64,000 nucleotides of DNA from Actinomycetota bacterium (GTDB taxonomy: Bacteria; Actinomycetota; UBA4738; HRBIN12), in contig VAXZ01000117.1 in NCBI GenBank assembly GCA_005885035.1, positions 30,992-94,991 of the forward strand. Direction: 5' to 3'. The number at the start of each line of letters is the position of its first letter. Position 1 is the stretch's first letter. This document shows positions 17,929 to 30,468 of this stretch, piece by piece. The notes beneath the pieces were generated by a model. The model was not told the DNA's origin and did not search any database. It saw only the letters and a program-made list of their open reading frames with translations. The translations under genes and the position numbers were made by a program.

Positions 17929-19032
17929 TCAGGCTCCCTGCGGGCTGGTCGGCGGCACGATGTCGCCGTTCAGGATCTTCACCTTGTACTTCTCCACCGC
18001 GTCGATGATGTCCGGCGTCATCAGCTGAGGATTGGACGTGGAGTACGAGATGCCGCTGCTCGCGAGGTCGAACACCTCGTTCTTGCCGCCCTTGAACTTG
18101 CCCTCGGCCACCGCCTTGATCGTGTCGTACGTCGCGACGTCGACGCGCTTGATCATCGATGTGAGGATCCATTTCGCCTCGTCCGGCGTAACGACCTTGT
18201 ACTGATCCGAGTCAACGCCGATCGCGAGCTTCCGCTGCGAGGCCGCGGCCTTGAACAGACCGTTCCCCGAGTCGCCGGCGGCGTGGTAGATGATGCAGGC
18301 CCCCTCGTCGTACATCTTGTTCGACAGCGCCTCGCCCTGGATCGGGTCGTTGAACGCCTTCGTGGAGTCACCGATGTATTCCACCAGCACCTTGATGCTC
18401 GGGTCGATCTGCGTGACACCTGCGGTGTAACCGGCCTCGAACTTGCCGATGAGCGGGCCGGTTTGGCCTCCCAGGAACCCGACCGTCTTGCACCCGAGGG
18501 CCTGAGCCTTCAGCGCGGCAGCGACACCCACGAGGAAGGAACCCTCCTGCTCCTTGAAGGTGAGATCCACGACGTTCGGGATCGCCGAGAGGGGGTTCGT
18601 CTCACCGCATGCGGGGCCACAGGTCGCGTACCCGTCGATCACGCCGAAGTCGATGTTCGGGTACTGCGTTGCCAGCTCGTTCACGTACGGGCTGAACGCG
18701 AAGCCGGTCCCGATGATGACGTCATACCCTCCTGCGGCCAGTGACTGGACCTCCTGGTCGAGGTTCGATCCCTCCGAGTTGGCCTCGATGTACTTCGTGT
18801 TGGCCTGGCAGATGATCCCGTGGGAGATCGCCTGGTTCATGCCCGCGTAGGCGAGGTCGTTGAACCCCTTGTCCCCGAGGCCGCCGACGTCGAGCGCGAG
18901 ACCAACCTTGATCTGCGAGGTGCAGCTGGCACTGGGGCTGCCATTGCCTGCCGTGTTCGAACTGGAGCACGCAGCGGCAACGATCCCCATTACGGCGATC
19001 GGCAGCGCGAACGTGCGGAGCCACTTCGGCAT
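17929..19032 (-). CDS. BMP family ABC transporter substrate-binding lipoprotein (nucleoside-binding type)
   Basis: ATG at 19032 is preceded by GGGAGGAG. A signal peptide with a lipobox is present (IVAAAC). BMP/PnrA-like motifs are present (GLALDVGGLGDKGFND, GFLGG). Confidence 0.85.
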   Translation of the reverse strand: MPKWLRTFALPIAVMGIVAAACSSSNTAGNGSPSASCTSQIKVGLALDVGGLGDKGFNDLAYAGMNQAISHGIICQANTKYIEANSEGSNLDQEVQSLAAGGYDVIIGTGFAFSPYVNELATQYPNIDFGVIDGYATCGPACGETNPLSAIPNVVDLTFKEQEGSFLVGVAAALKAQALGCKTVGFLGGQTGPLIGKFEAGYTAGVTQIDPSIKVLVEYIGDSTKAFNDPIQGEALSNKMYDEGACIIYHAAGDSGNGLFKAAASQRKLAIGVDSDQYKVVTPDEAKWILTSMIKRVDVATYDTIKAVAEGKFKGGKNEVFDLASSGISYSTSNPQLMTPDIIDAVEKYKVKILNGDIVPPTSPQGA

Positions 19033-19158
19033 CGCATCTCCTCCCGTTTCTGATCCACCGAGCCCGCCCGGCCCGGCCGCCCCGGATTCTCCGGCGGGAC
19101 CAGAGCCGTCGTCAAACGGGCTTCCCATGGGAAACTACGCGCCGCACGGGATGGTCGG

Positions 19159-19596
19159 ATGGACGATGACGACACGCTCTTAGAGGATCTGCGACGCCGG
19201 ATCGCTGCGTCGCCCTTCCACGCCGGGTTCGGGATCTCCGTCGAACATGCCGCCGCGGGCGACGTGCGGCTGGGGTGGGAGGCACGTGCGGACCACCGCA
19301 ACCTGCAAGGGCTGGTGCATGGCGGCATCCTCGCGACGCTCGTTGACATCGCGATGGGGCTCGCGATCCGAACCATCGTCGGTCCATCGCGCCGACACGT
19401 TACGATCGACCTCGGCGTGCACTACCTCCGTCCTGCCCGGCCGGGCCGGCTCGAAGCCGCCGGCGCGGTCGTCCGCGTGGGGAGCCAGGTGGGGTTCGCG
19501 GAAGGCAGCGTGACGGACGCGACCGGGCGGTTGCTGGTTCGGGCGAGCGGAACGTACAGCGTGACCCAGGAGCGAACGGACGGCGCGACCGACTAG
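19159..19596 (+). CDS. PaaI-family hotdog-fold thioesterase
   Basis: 145 aa. The core NLQGLVHGGILATLVDIAMG ... GRLLVRASGTY is characteristic of PaaI/YbdB thioesterases. Confidence 0.85.
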   Translation: MDDDDTLLEDLRRRIAASPFHAGFGISVEHAAAGDVRLGWEARADHRNLQGLVHGGILATLVDIAMGLAIRTIVGPSRRHVTIDLGVHYLRPARPGRLEAAGAVVRVGSQVGFAEGSVTDATGRLLVRASGTYSVTQERTDGATD

Positions 19597-19865
19597 TACT
19601 GAACGTCGAGCTCCGCCATCGCGTCGGCGAGCTTGCCGAGTGCTCCGGCGAGACCCATCAGCAGCCCCATGTTCCCTTCGACCCTGATCTTGCCCATCAT
19701 GAAGCCCGTCACCGGCGAGAGCTCGCGCCTGGCGAGTGCGACGGCCGTGTCGTAGCTCTGTGTGATCGTCGCGTCCGGGGCCTCGAGGTCGCCCATCCCC
19801 ATCGCGATCGCGCCGCCCTCGATCGTGGTCCAGTACCGGGTCTCGCCGTCGGCGGACGTGATCAC
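19593..19865 (-). CDS. SCP2 sterol-binding domain protein
   Basis: 90 aa with a GTG start. The C-terminal pattern PVTGFMMGKIRVEGNMGLLMGL matches the SCP2 consensus (G-K-l-k-v-x-G-d-m). A stop at 19911..19913 limits any N-terminal extension. Confidence 0.65.
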   Translation of the reverse strand: MITSADGETRYWTTIEGGAIAMGMGDLEAPDATITQSYDTAVALARRELSPVTGFMMGKIRVEGNMGLLMGLAGALGKLADAMAELDVQY

Positions 19866-19935
19866 CTGCTGGATCTCCCTGCACTCGGCCGTCCGTTCCG
19901 GCCCGGAACCTTACCGGCTCACCGGCCGCCCCGAT

Positions 19936-20589
19936 TCAGTCTGGGAAGAGCTCGGGCGCGGTCACGTGGGTGTCGTCGGCAAGGAACCACAAGGCTCGCT
20001 CGTCATCTTTGACCCTGACCGTGTTGAGGCTGGTGTTCGGCGGGAGGAAGAACATATCCTGCTCGTGCAGCTCCAAGAACGACGCGAGATAGGCGTTGAT
20101 CACGCCGCCATGGCACACCACCCAGAGGTCGCCGCGGGGATGGGCCGAGAGCCCGGCCTCGATCGCTCGGACCACGCGACGCTCGAAGGCGTCGAACGGT
20201 TCACCTCCCGGAGCCAGATGGAACACGGGGTCCTGCAGCAGGATGCGACGCGGCATCTCCGCATGTTCGATGAGCAACTCTTCGAACTCCTTGAACTCCC
20301 ATTCGCCGCCGTACCACTCGACCAGATCTTCCGAGTAGGTCACCTGCGCTCCCGTCGCCTCCACGAACGGGGCGATCGTCTGACGCGCTCGCGCGAGGGT
20401 GGAGCAATAGATCGCGGCCGGTTCCGGCATCTTGCGCAACCGCGCAGCGAGGATCGCGGCTTGCTCCCGTCCCGTCGCGTCGAGCGGTGGATCGGCGACC
20501 GCTCCGCGCGCCGTGACCGTCTCACCCGACGAACGCCGGTCCGCCTTGCCGTGCCGGATCAGGTAGAGGCGACGTTCGGCGCCGCTCAC
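19936..20589 (-). CDS. histidine phosphatase (phosphoglycerate mutase) family protein
   Basis: GTG at 20589 gives a 217-aa product with the RHG catalytic motif (LYLIRHGKA) and the downstream His (VVCHGGVI). Its start overlaps the upstream gene's stop as GTGA. Confidence 0.85.
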   Translation of the reverse strand: MSGAERRLYLIRHGKADRRSSGETVTARGAVADPPLDATGREQAAILAARLRKMPEPAAIYCSTLARARQTIAPFVEATGAQVTYSEDLVEWYGGEWEFKEFEELLIEHAEMPRRILLQDPVFHLAPGGEPFDAFERRVVRAIEAGLSAHPRGDLWVVCHGGVINAYLASFLELHEQDMFFLPPNTSLNTVRVKDDERALWFLADDTHVTAPELFPD

Positions 20590-20951
20590 GTGCCGGCTTT
20601 CGCCTTGGGGTGTCGCGCTCGCCAATCCTGCGCGTAGCTCTCCACGTCTTCGCGTAGCCAGATGCGACCGGACGCGAGCGACATGACGGGCTCGGGGAAC
20701 TGTCCTCGATCGATGTAGGTGATCACGCGCCGCTTGTCCCAACCCATGATCTCGGCGGCCTCGGCGACGCCGGCGAGCGGTGGGACCACCTCGACGGTCA
20801 GGACGGCGTCCTCGCCGACGGCCTTGCGGAGTTCCTCCAGGCAGGACCGCTTCGAGGTTCCGGTCACTTCCACGTACACGGGTGCGTCGAGGACCATCGC
20901 GAACCATCGCCCGCCCGCGTGCCACATCCTCGCCCGCACCGGATCCGCCAC
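20586..20951 (-). CDS. HicB-like N-terminal domain fused to an excisionase/MerR-type helix-turn-helix
   Basis: 121 aa. The N-terminal half (WHAGGRWFAMVLDAPVYVEVTGTSKRSCLEELRKAV) resembles HicB/UPF0150 antitoxin folds. The C-terminal half (AEAAEIMGWDKRRVITYIDRGQFPEPV...GRIWLREDVESY) resembles an excisionase-type HTH. The assignment is by pattern only. Confidence 0.55.
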   Translation of the reverse strand: MADPVRARMWHAGGRWFAMVLDAPVYVEVTGTSKRSCLEELRKAVGEDAVLTVEVVPPLAGVAEAAEIMGWDKRRVITYIDRGQFPEPVMSLASGRIWLREDVESYAQDWRARHPKAKAGT

Positions 20952-20996
20952 TGACGGATTGTATGACGGCGTCGTCAGGAGGCCGGATCCGCTCGA

Positions 20997-21281
20997 TCAG
21001 CCGTCGCTCCGCCGGAGGATCCCCTGGTGGCGGAGCTCTCGGCGCCAGCACTCGGTGTGCCAGTGCCGTCGGTCGTCCGCCGCGCCCTCGGGGATCACCA
21101 CGAAGTGCCAGGAGCCAGGACGCACGACGTGATCGCACCCAGGGCAGCGGTACTCTTTGTCGCCAACCAGATGCCGGACCTCGTAGCCGGGCACCTCGGC
21201 CCAGGGTGGGGGCTCAGATCGTGGGCGAGGGTTCGGCGACGGCACGGACTCGAGCGAGGCTCGCCGGTTCTTCCGCGGCAT
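20997..21281 (-). CDS. conserved small zinc-ribbon-like protein (YRCPGC ... HWHTECW)
   Basis: 94 aa. KEYRCPGCDHVVRPGSWHFVVIP...RRHWHTECW gives Cys/His pairs typical of a small, widespread actinobacterial family, often mis-labelled as ATP/GTP-binding. Confidence 0.6.
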   Translation of the reverse strand: MPRKNRRASLESVPSPNPRPRSEPPPWAEVPGYEVRHLVGDKEYRCPGCDHVVRPGSWHFVVIPEGAADDRRHWHTECWRRELRHQGILRRSDG

Positions 21282-21287
21282 CAGCGC

Positions 21288-21938
21288 TCAGAGCCGTTCC
21301 CGGACGAACGCTGCGACCTGGGGTGCGAGCGACGCGCCGACGACCCGCGGGTCGTCCTTGCGCGAGCGCTCGAAGGAGTGCCCGGCCCCGTCGATGTCCA
21401 CGAGCGTCGCCCGGTCGCCGAGCCGGCCGATGACCTTGGCGAGTTCCTTCGGCTCGGCGAACGGATCCTTCGTCCCGTGGAGGAAGAGCATCGGCATGGT
21501 GAGGTCGTACAGATGCGTGTCGCGGATCTGCCCGGTCTTCCCGGGAGCGTGCAGCGGGTAGCCGAGGAAGATGAGGGCGGCGGCCGGGATGCCCTCGGCG
21601 GCGGCCATCGAGGCGATCCGACCGCCGTAGCTCTTGCCGCCGCCGAGCACCGGCCGGCCGCCGCTGCGGTCGCCGGCCGTTTCGAACGCGGAACGGAAGG
21701 CTCCGATCGCGTTCTTCGCCGCGTCGGGCGTCCGTCGCCCCGCCTCCATGTAGGGGAAGTTGAACCGGAGAGCGGCGATCCCTTCGTCCGCCACGGCTTC
21801 GCAGAACCCCACGATGAACGGGTGGTCCATCCCGGCCCCGGCACCGTGACCGACGACGAGGGCGGGTCCGTCGGCGGGATGCCAGACGGCGCTCACGTCG
21901 CCCTTCGGCGTCGGGATCTTCAGATGGAGCACACTCAT
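21288..21938 (-). CDS. alpha/beta hydrolase (dienelactone hydrolase / KANL3-like fold)
   Basis: ATG at 21938 gives a 216-aa product with the nucleophile elbow G-K-S-Y-G (GGGKSYGGR), LFLHGTKDPF and a GAGH catalytic His region. Its start overlaps the DinB stop (ATGA). Confidence 0.8.
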   Translation of the reverse strand: MSVLHLKIPTPKGDVSAVWHPADGPALVVGHGAGAGMDHPFIVGFCEAVADEGIAALRFNFPYMEAGRRTPDAAKNAIGAFRSAFETAGDRSGGRPVLGGGKSYGGRIASMAAAEGIPAAALIFLGYPLHAPGKTGQIRDTHLYDLTMPMLFLHGTKDPFAEPKELAKVIGRLGDRATLVDIDGAGHSFERSRKDDPRVVGASLAPQVAAFVRERL

Positions 21939-22414
21939 CCCTCGCGTTGGTCCCAGAGCTGCCGCGTCAACTGTGCATGCCCCATGTGCTCGCGGAGGTG
22001 TTCGACCGCGTGCAGGAGCGCCCACGCGCCCGAGACGATCTCCGCGCGCCCGGAGCTCGCGCGGGAGTGCGACTCGCGCATCGTCCCGGGCTCGAAGGCA
22101 TCTTCGGTCCTCAGCAGGCCGCTGCAGTCCGCGGCAAGCCGGTCCACCGTCTCCCACAGCTCTCGGGGGTCGGCGACGACCGTGCGGAACTCGGCGTCCC
22201 GATCGCGATCTGGGAGCGGTCCTCCCGTCGCGACCGCGAGCCACGACCGGGTGCTGTGCATCGCGTGGACGGCCAGCACGGCGATCGGATTGGTTCCCTC
22301 TCCTGCGGGCCGCCAGTTCAGCGCGTCGGCCGGGAGCCCCGCGATCGCGCCGCGGATCCCCTCGATGGACTCCTCGATGATCTCGCGGGCCGCGGTGATG
22401 GTCGGGTCGAGCAT
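21935..22414 (-). CDS. DinB-family (four-helix-bundle metal-binding) protein
   Basis: 159 aa. The His triad pattern is AVHAMHSTRSW ... LLHAVEHLREHMGHAQL. Confidence 0.8.
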   Translation of the reverse strand: MLDPTITAAREIIEESIEGIRGAIAGLPADALNWRPAGEGTNPIAVLAVHAMHSTRSWLAVATGGPLPDRDRDAEFRTVVADPRELWETVDRLAADCSGLLRTEDAFEPGTMRESHSRASSGRAEIVSGAWALLHAVEHLREHMGHAQLTRQLWDQREG

Positions 22415-22462
22415 GGCGCCAGTCTACGAACCGGCCTGCATCCCGCCTGCCATGATGGAGGC

Positions 22463-23073
22463 ATGCTGGGCGAGTTCTACCTGGGCACGTCGGGGTTCGC
22501 CTACGACGAGTGGCGTCACGGCGTCTTCTACCCCGAGGGCCTGAAGAAGGACGACATGCTCGACTATTACTCCTCGCAGTTGAGCTCGGTCGAGGTCAAT
22601 TACACGTTCCGGCGGCTGCCCTCTGAGAAGACGATCGAGCGGTGGCGCGAGCGCGCGCGGCCCGGGTTCGTGTTCACGCTGAAGGCGAACCAGCGGATCA
22701 CCCACTGGAAGCGGCTGGAGGACGTCGAGGAGGACGTTCGGAGGTTCGTGACGACCGGCAGGCTCCTGGCCGACCGCTTCGGATGCGTGCTGTTCCAATG
22801 CCCCCCGAGCCTGCACTACGACGGCGACCTGCTCGCGAGGTTCCTCGACACGCTTCCGGAGAACGGCCCGGCCTACGCTATGGAGTTCCGGCATCCATCG
22901 TGGGCGGAAGCTCGCGATGCGTTGCTCGAACGACGGGTCGCCTGGTGCGTGGCCGAGACCGACGACAAGGACCCGAAGCCCGAGGATCTGTCGTGGGAAC
23001 CGGTCGGGTACCTCCGGCTGCGGAAGACCGAGTACACCGACGAGAGCGGCTGGAAGCGATGCTGGCGGAGTGA
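22463..23073 (+). pseudogene. DUF72 family protein, C-terminally truncated or frameshifted
   Basis: The gene reads MLGEFYLGTSGFAYDEWRHGVFYPEGL...SSVEVNYTFRRLP...FVFTLKANQRITH...VLFQCPPSL...AMEFRHPSW, which is clear DUF72. Homology ends near 23045, after LRLRKTEYTDE. The conserved C-terminal block (vYvYFNN...) is absent. The original frame has no stop until 24334, running antisense to the protease gene. A shifted frame ends at 23073 (ERLEAMLAE*). Confidence 0.65.
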
Positions 23074-23146
23074 GCGGAGCGCCTCCCGCACTCGCGGGAG
23101 GCGCTCCGGTCGTCCTACCCGTTCTCTGCTGAAGCTCTCGACCTGC

Positions 23147-24682
23147 TCAGCGATCGATCGCCGAGAGCGCGTTCACCTGCCCGTGGCCGTACCAAGAGTT
23201 GTAACCCATGCCTCCCGTGCACGTCTGCGGGGCACCGTTGTCGAACGACGGGAAGAACGAGTACTCGGCAAGAACAGCAGGCGTCGGGCACGCGATCGGG
23301 TCCGCCGTGTGCTCCAGCGCGGCCACCACGGATCCGCGCGACGTCACGCCCTCGCTCTCGAGCAACGCCGCCACACCTGCCGCGTGGGGCGAGGCCATCG
23401 ACGTTCCCTGCAGGTAGCAGTACAACACCGATCCGTCGAACACCTTGCGGACGCAGCCGATCGCCCCGGCGCCAACGTCCAGCGGATATTGGGGGAACGT
23501 CGACAGCACTCGACCGTTCGTCGCCGCCGCCGTGACCTGGAGGATGCTGTCCCCTCCCGGAGCACTGACGTCCGCCTTGCCCACGCCATAGCTCGAGTAG
23601 AACGACTTCTGCATCAGGTTGCCGTCCGCCGTCACGCCGACAACGCCCTGCACCTCGACCGGCACCACGGCGCAGTCGTTATGCACGGTGCGAACGATCG
23701 GTGTCGTGTCGTCGGGGCTCGTGATGTCTTGGGTCGGATGCGCGAGGTCGTCGGCCTCGTTCCCCTCCGCCGCCACGACGACGGTTCCCCTGCTCTCTGC
23801 GAACAGGATCGCTCGCTGCTCGGCGTCCCAGATGGCCCGCTGGGTCGGGTCGTTCTTGCAGTTGAACAGGTACGGGTCCGCGAAATAACTGTTGTTCGTG
23901 ACCGAGATGTGGTGCGTGCCCGCCCACATGAACGCGCAGACCACGGCCTCGGGGAAGAAGAACCCAGCGACGTTCCCTGCCTTGATCGCCGCGATCTGCA
24001 CGTTGGGGGCGACGCCGACGATCCCGATGCCGTTACTGGCGGCAGCGATGGTCCCTGCCGTGTGCGTTCCATGGCCGTTCTCGTCGAGAGACGCGGTGCC
24101 CAGCGGATCGCCTTGGATCGGCGACCCGGACAGACAGTTGACGCTGTCGGCGGCGTCCCAGTTGGGTGCGAGATCCGGATCCGTGTAATCGATCCCGGTG
24201 TCGATGTCCCCGACGACGACCGACGGGCTCCCGCCCGTGATCGCGTGCGCGTCCGGCGTGTGGATCTGACGCATATCCCACTGAAGTGGCGACAGAGGAT
24301 CGGAGTCCGAGACGGGCGTGTTCACCACGGTTGACGATGTACCGCTCTGGGCGCCGACCCCGTCGGTCACGTGCGTCGCGAACGCCGCCGTGGCGGCCGC
24401 GCCCCGGATCGCGCCGTTCCTCATCACACTGCTCCGGAACGCGGAGCTTGAGGACCGCGCGATCACGACTCCGATCTGCGGGTAGCTCTGGACGATCGTT
24501 CCGCCGGCCGCCGTGATCGAGGCGGACGCGTTCGCGGGAAGCGCCTGCGCCTTGAAGACCACCAGGTACGTCTGTGCCGTGCCGGAGTTGGCGGCGCGGA
24601 CGCCCGGTACCGCCAGGAGCAACGCGACCATCGCGACCGATGCCAAGATCGCGACGCGTCGAGATGCCTGGAACCTGGTCAT
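23147..24682 (-). CDS. secreted subtilisin-like serine protease (peptidase S8) with I9 propeptide
   Basis: 511 aa with a signal peptide (LLLAVPGVRAA) and a propeptide (YLVVFK...). The catalytic triad motifs are VGDIDTGID, GHGTHTAGT and GTSMASPHAAG. A GAGGAGGG Shine-Dalgarno sequence lies upstream. Confidence 0.9.
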   Translation of the reverse strand: MTRFQASRRVAILASVAMVALLLAVPGVRAANSGTAQTYLVVFKAQALPANASASITAAGGTIVQSYPQIGVVIARSSSSAFRSSVMRNGAIRGAAATAAFATHVTDGVGAQSGTSSTVVNTPVSDSDPLSPLQWDMRQIHTPDAHAITGGSPSVVVGDIDTGIDYTDPDLAPNWDAADSVNCLSGSPIQGDPLGTASLDENGHGTHTAGTIAAASNGIGIVGVAPNVQIAAIKAGNVAGFFFPEAVVCAFMWAGTHHISVTNNSYFADPYLFNCKNDPTQRAIWDAEQRAILFAESRGTVVVAAEGNEADDLAHPTQDITSPDDTTPIVRTVHNDCAVVPVEVQGVVGVTADGNLMQKSFYSSYGVGKADVSAPGGDSILQVTAAATNGRVLSTFPQYPLDVGAGAIGCVRKVFDGSVLYCYLQGTSMASPHAAGVAALLESEGVTSRGSVVAALEHTADPIACPTPAVLAEYSFFPSFDNGAPQTCTGGMGYNSWYGHGQVNALSAIDR

Positions 24683-24740
24683 GGTTCATCCCTCCTCGTG
24701 CTGGGCCGGAGATCGCCTGTTCGGGGGGGCGATCTCTTCG

Positions 24741-24770
24741 ACTATAGGAAGGGCACCTCTCAATGAGCAA
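24741..24770 (-). promoter_or_regulatory. candidate sigma-70-type promoter of the S8 protease gene
   Basis: The minus strand reads TTGCTC-18 nt-TATAGT (-35 at 24770..24765; -10 at 24746..24741). This lies in an unusually AT-rich patch about 60 nt upstream of ATG 24682. Two direct TTTGCTCAT repeats overlap or precede the -35. Confidence 0.35.
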
Positions 24771-24811
24771 ATCGCGTCGATGAGCAAACCGCGAGATCGC
24801 GTGCTGCGACG

Positions 24812-25816
24812 TCAGGGAGCTGAGGCAGGCGGCTCGACCTGCACGATCTCGCCTTGGTCGAAGAGCGGGATCCAGAACGTGCCGTCGATCGCGATGAGCA
24901 ACTGGTTCGCGCTGATCGTCCCCTGGTCCGCGATCGACCATGGGCCCTCGACCGTCACGTCCGTCGGATCGATCCGATGGAGCTGGGGCCCGGAATCCGA
25001 CGCGACCCATAGCGCTCCGTCGAACTCGACCAGCCCGTCGGGCGTGGTCCCCGCGTCCTCGAGCGTCGCGACGACCGCGTTCGACCGCCGATCGATCCGT
25101 TGCACCGCGGGGGCGTCGGTGTTCGAGACCCAGACCCCATCGGGGGTCGCGACCATGAGTTGCGGTCCCGACTCGACCTCGATCGTGGCGACGACCTTCC
25201 CAGCGAGCGGGTCGATCCGCGACACGGAGCCCTCGACGAAGTTGGACACCCAGAGGCCCCCGAACGCCGAGAGCGCGAACCGGGGCGAGAGTCCGACCTC
25301 GACGGTTTCCACCATCCGGTCGGTCGCGGGGTCGATCCGGCCGACGACGTCATCGTCCTCGCAGACGACCCATACCGAACCCGGTGTCCCGGCGAGACCT
25401 TCCGGGGCGTCACAGACGTGGATGGTTGCGGCGACGGCGTTCGTGCGGGGGTCGATCCTGGAGACCGACGCGTCGGCGGAGTTCGAGACCCACACCGATC
25501 CCGCCGCAGCGGTCACCTCGAGCGGCACACCGCCGACGCGAACCGTCGCGAGAACCGTGCCGTTCGTCGGATCGAGGCGCGTGACGGACCCGCGATCGTG
25601 CTCGCGGAACTCCGAGTTCACGACCCAGATGCTGCCGAACGCAGCCGTGATCCCGATGGGGCCGGGCGCGGTGCGAACGTGACGGAGGATCTGTAGCGTC
25701 GCGGTGTTCGAAGGTGACGCCGGGGCCGATGAGTCCGTCGAGGTCGCGACACCGCCGCACGCCACCGCCATCGTGAGAGCGAGCGCCGCCGCCGAGGTCC
25801 TCGTTCGTCGCCCCAT
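24812..25816 (-). CDS. beta-propeller repeat lipoprotein (YVTN/NHL-like repeats)
   Basis: 334 aa with a lipobox (MAVAC). About six or seven repeats of the pattern GS(V/L)WV.N....SV(S/T)RIDP.TN.VVATI.V are present. Confidence 0.75.
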   Translation of the reverse strand: MGRRTRTSAAALALTMAVACGGVATSTDSSAPASPSNTATLQILRHVRTAPGPIGITAAFGSIWVVNSEFREHDRGSVTRLDPTNGTVLATVRVGGVPLEVTAAAGSVWVSNSADASVSRIDPRTNAVAATIHVCDAPEGLAGTPGSVWVVCEDDDVVGRIDPATDRMVETVEVGLSPRFALSAFGGLWVSNFVEGSVSRIDPLAGKVVATIEVESGPQLMVATPDGVWVSNTDAPAVQRIDRRSNAVVATLEDAGTTPDGLVEFDGALWVASDSGPQLHRIDPTDVTVEGPWSIADQGTISANQLLIAIDGTFWIPLFDQGEIVQVEPPASAP

Positions 25817-25858
25817 CCCTGGTCGGTTGTACGCGACGAGCGCGGGCGTCGGTTGTCG

Positions 25859-29507
<3,649 letters not shown>

Positions 29508-29547
29508 TCGGGCAGCCTAGACCCCGGCCGGATCGCTGCGGGACCCT

Positions 29548-30468
29548 TCACGCGAGCTCGAGCTGATACGTGTCGTCGACGACGATGGCGCGCATCCCGA
29601 CCCGCTCGTACAGGCCGACCGCACCGGTCTCGTTCTCGGCGTCGACCCACAGCGTCACCTCGTGGTGCCCACCCCGCGCCATCTCAGCGAAGGTTCGACG
29701 GAGCAAGGCCGTCCCGATCCCGCGGCCGCGCCAGCGCGCTCGTGTCCCGAGCGCCGCGACCTGGGCAACCTCGCCGCCGGTCACCTGACGCAGGAACCCG
29801 ACGATCTGATCTCCTTCGAGCGCGAGCAACCATCGAGAGCGGTCGTCGTCGGCATCGAACCGACGCTGCCGCCACACGTCGAAGGTCTCGGGTGCGAAGC
29901 CGAAGTGGTCGGCGAACGCCTCCTGATCCGCCCGGTAGAGACCGAGCTCGTCCGGGTGCTCGGCCAGCGTCACGAACCGGATGCCGTTGGGCGGTCCTTC
30001 GGTCGGTTCGTCCGTGTCGATCTCTCGATGCATCGTCCACGACGACCGTACGCGCCGGAACCCACGCTGGAGGACGATCTTCCGATGCGCCACGTCGTTG
30101 CGGTAGACGAGGTGGCGCAGGGAGTGCGCTCCCTGTTCGCGAGCGCGCGCGATGAGCCAGTCGACGAGGAAGGGCAGGGCTCCGCCGCGACGATCCGCCG
30201 GAGGGGATGCCACCCACGAGCCGAGCGGCTCGACCCCGGCGTCGTCCTCCCGGAACACCCCCGCGAACGCGACGGGAACGGCGTCGCGCTCGACGATCCG
30301 CCCATCCTCTGCGTCATGGAAGCCCGGGTTCCGCCACACGAAAGGGACGATCTCGTTCCAATCGGCGGTCACGCGGCCGTGATCGGCGAGCTCGTGCGCG
30401 CGGAGCAGCCGGACGAGGGCGGCAACGTCGGCAAGCGACGCGGCCCGGTCGCGATACCCCGGGTCCAC
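29548..30468 (-). CDS. two-domain GNAT N-acetyltransferase (MshD/mycothiol synthase-like)
   Basis: 306 aa with a GTG start. The C-terminal GNAT acetyl-CoA site is RWRGRGIGTALL ... LWVDAENETGAVGLYERVGM. The N-terminal half is a second, degenerate GNAT fold, as in MshD. Confidence 0.75.
   Translation of the reverse strand: MDPGYRDRAASLADVAALVRLLRAHELADHGRVTADWNEIVPFVWRNPGFHDAEDGRIVERDAVPVAFAGVFREDDAGVEPLGSWVASPPADRRGGALPFLVDWLIARAREQGAHSLRHLVYRNDVAHRKIVLQRGFRRVRSSWTMHREIDTDEPTEGPPNGIRFVTLAEHPDELGLYRADQEAFADHFGFAPETFDVWRQRRFDADDDRSRWLLALEGDQIVGFLRQVTGGEVAQVAALGTRARWRGRGIGTALLRRTFAEMARGGHHEVTLWVDAENETGAVGLYERVGMRAIVVDDTYQLELA

Noticed and set aside
19593-19935. Possible N-terminal truncation of the SCP2-domain gene
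   Set aside because: Protein-like sequence continues about 15 codons upstream of the GTG, but an in-frame TAA at 19911..19913 bounds it. Short SCP2 proteins exist. The evidence is insufficient to call it a pseudogene.
20586-21300. Search for a HicA-type toxin or other small toxin ORF next to the HicB-like/HTH gene
   Set aside because: No small ORF with a HicA-like (dsRBD, conserved His) pattern was found on either side. The neighbours are a histidine phosphatase and a Cys/His zinc-ribbon protein. A canonical HicAB module is therefore not supported.
21947-24334. 795-aa plus-strand ORF taken as a single protein
   Set aside because: Only residues encoded by 22463 to about 23045 are DUF72-like. 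The upstream part is antisense to the DinB gene and the downstream 1.26 kb is antisense to the S8 protease. I interpret it as a truncated DUF72 gene with readthrough of a stop-poor antisense frame.
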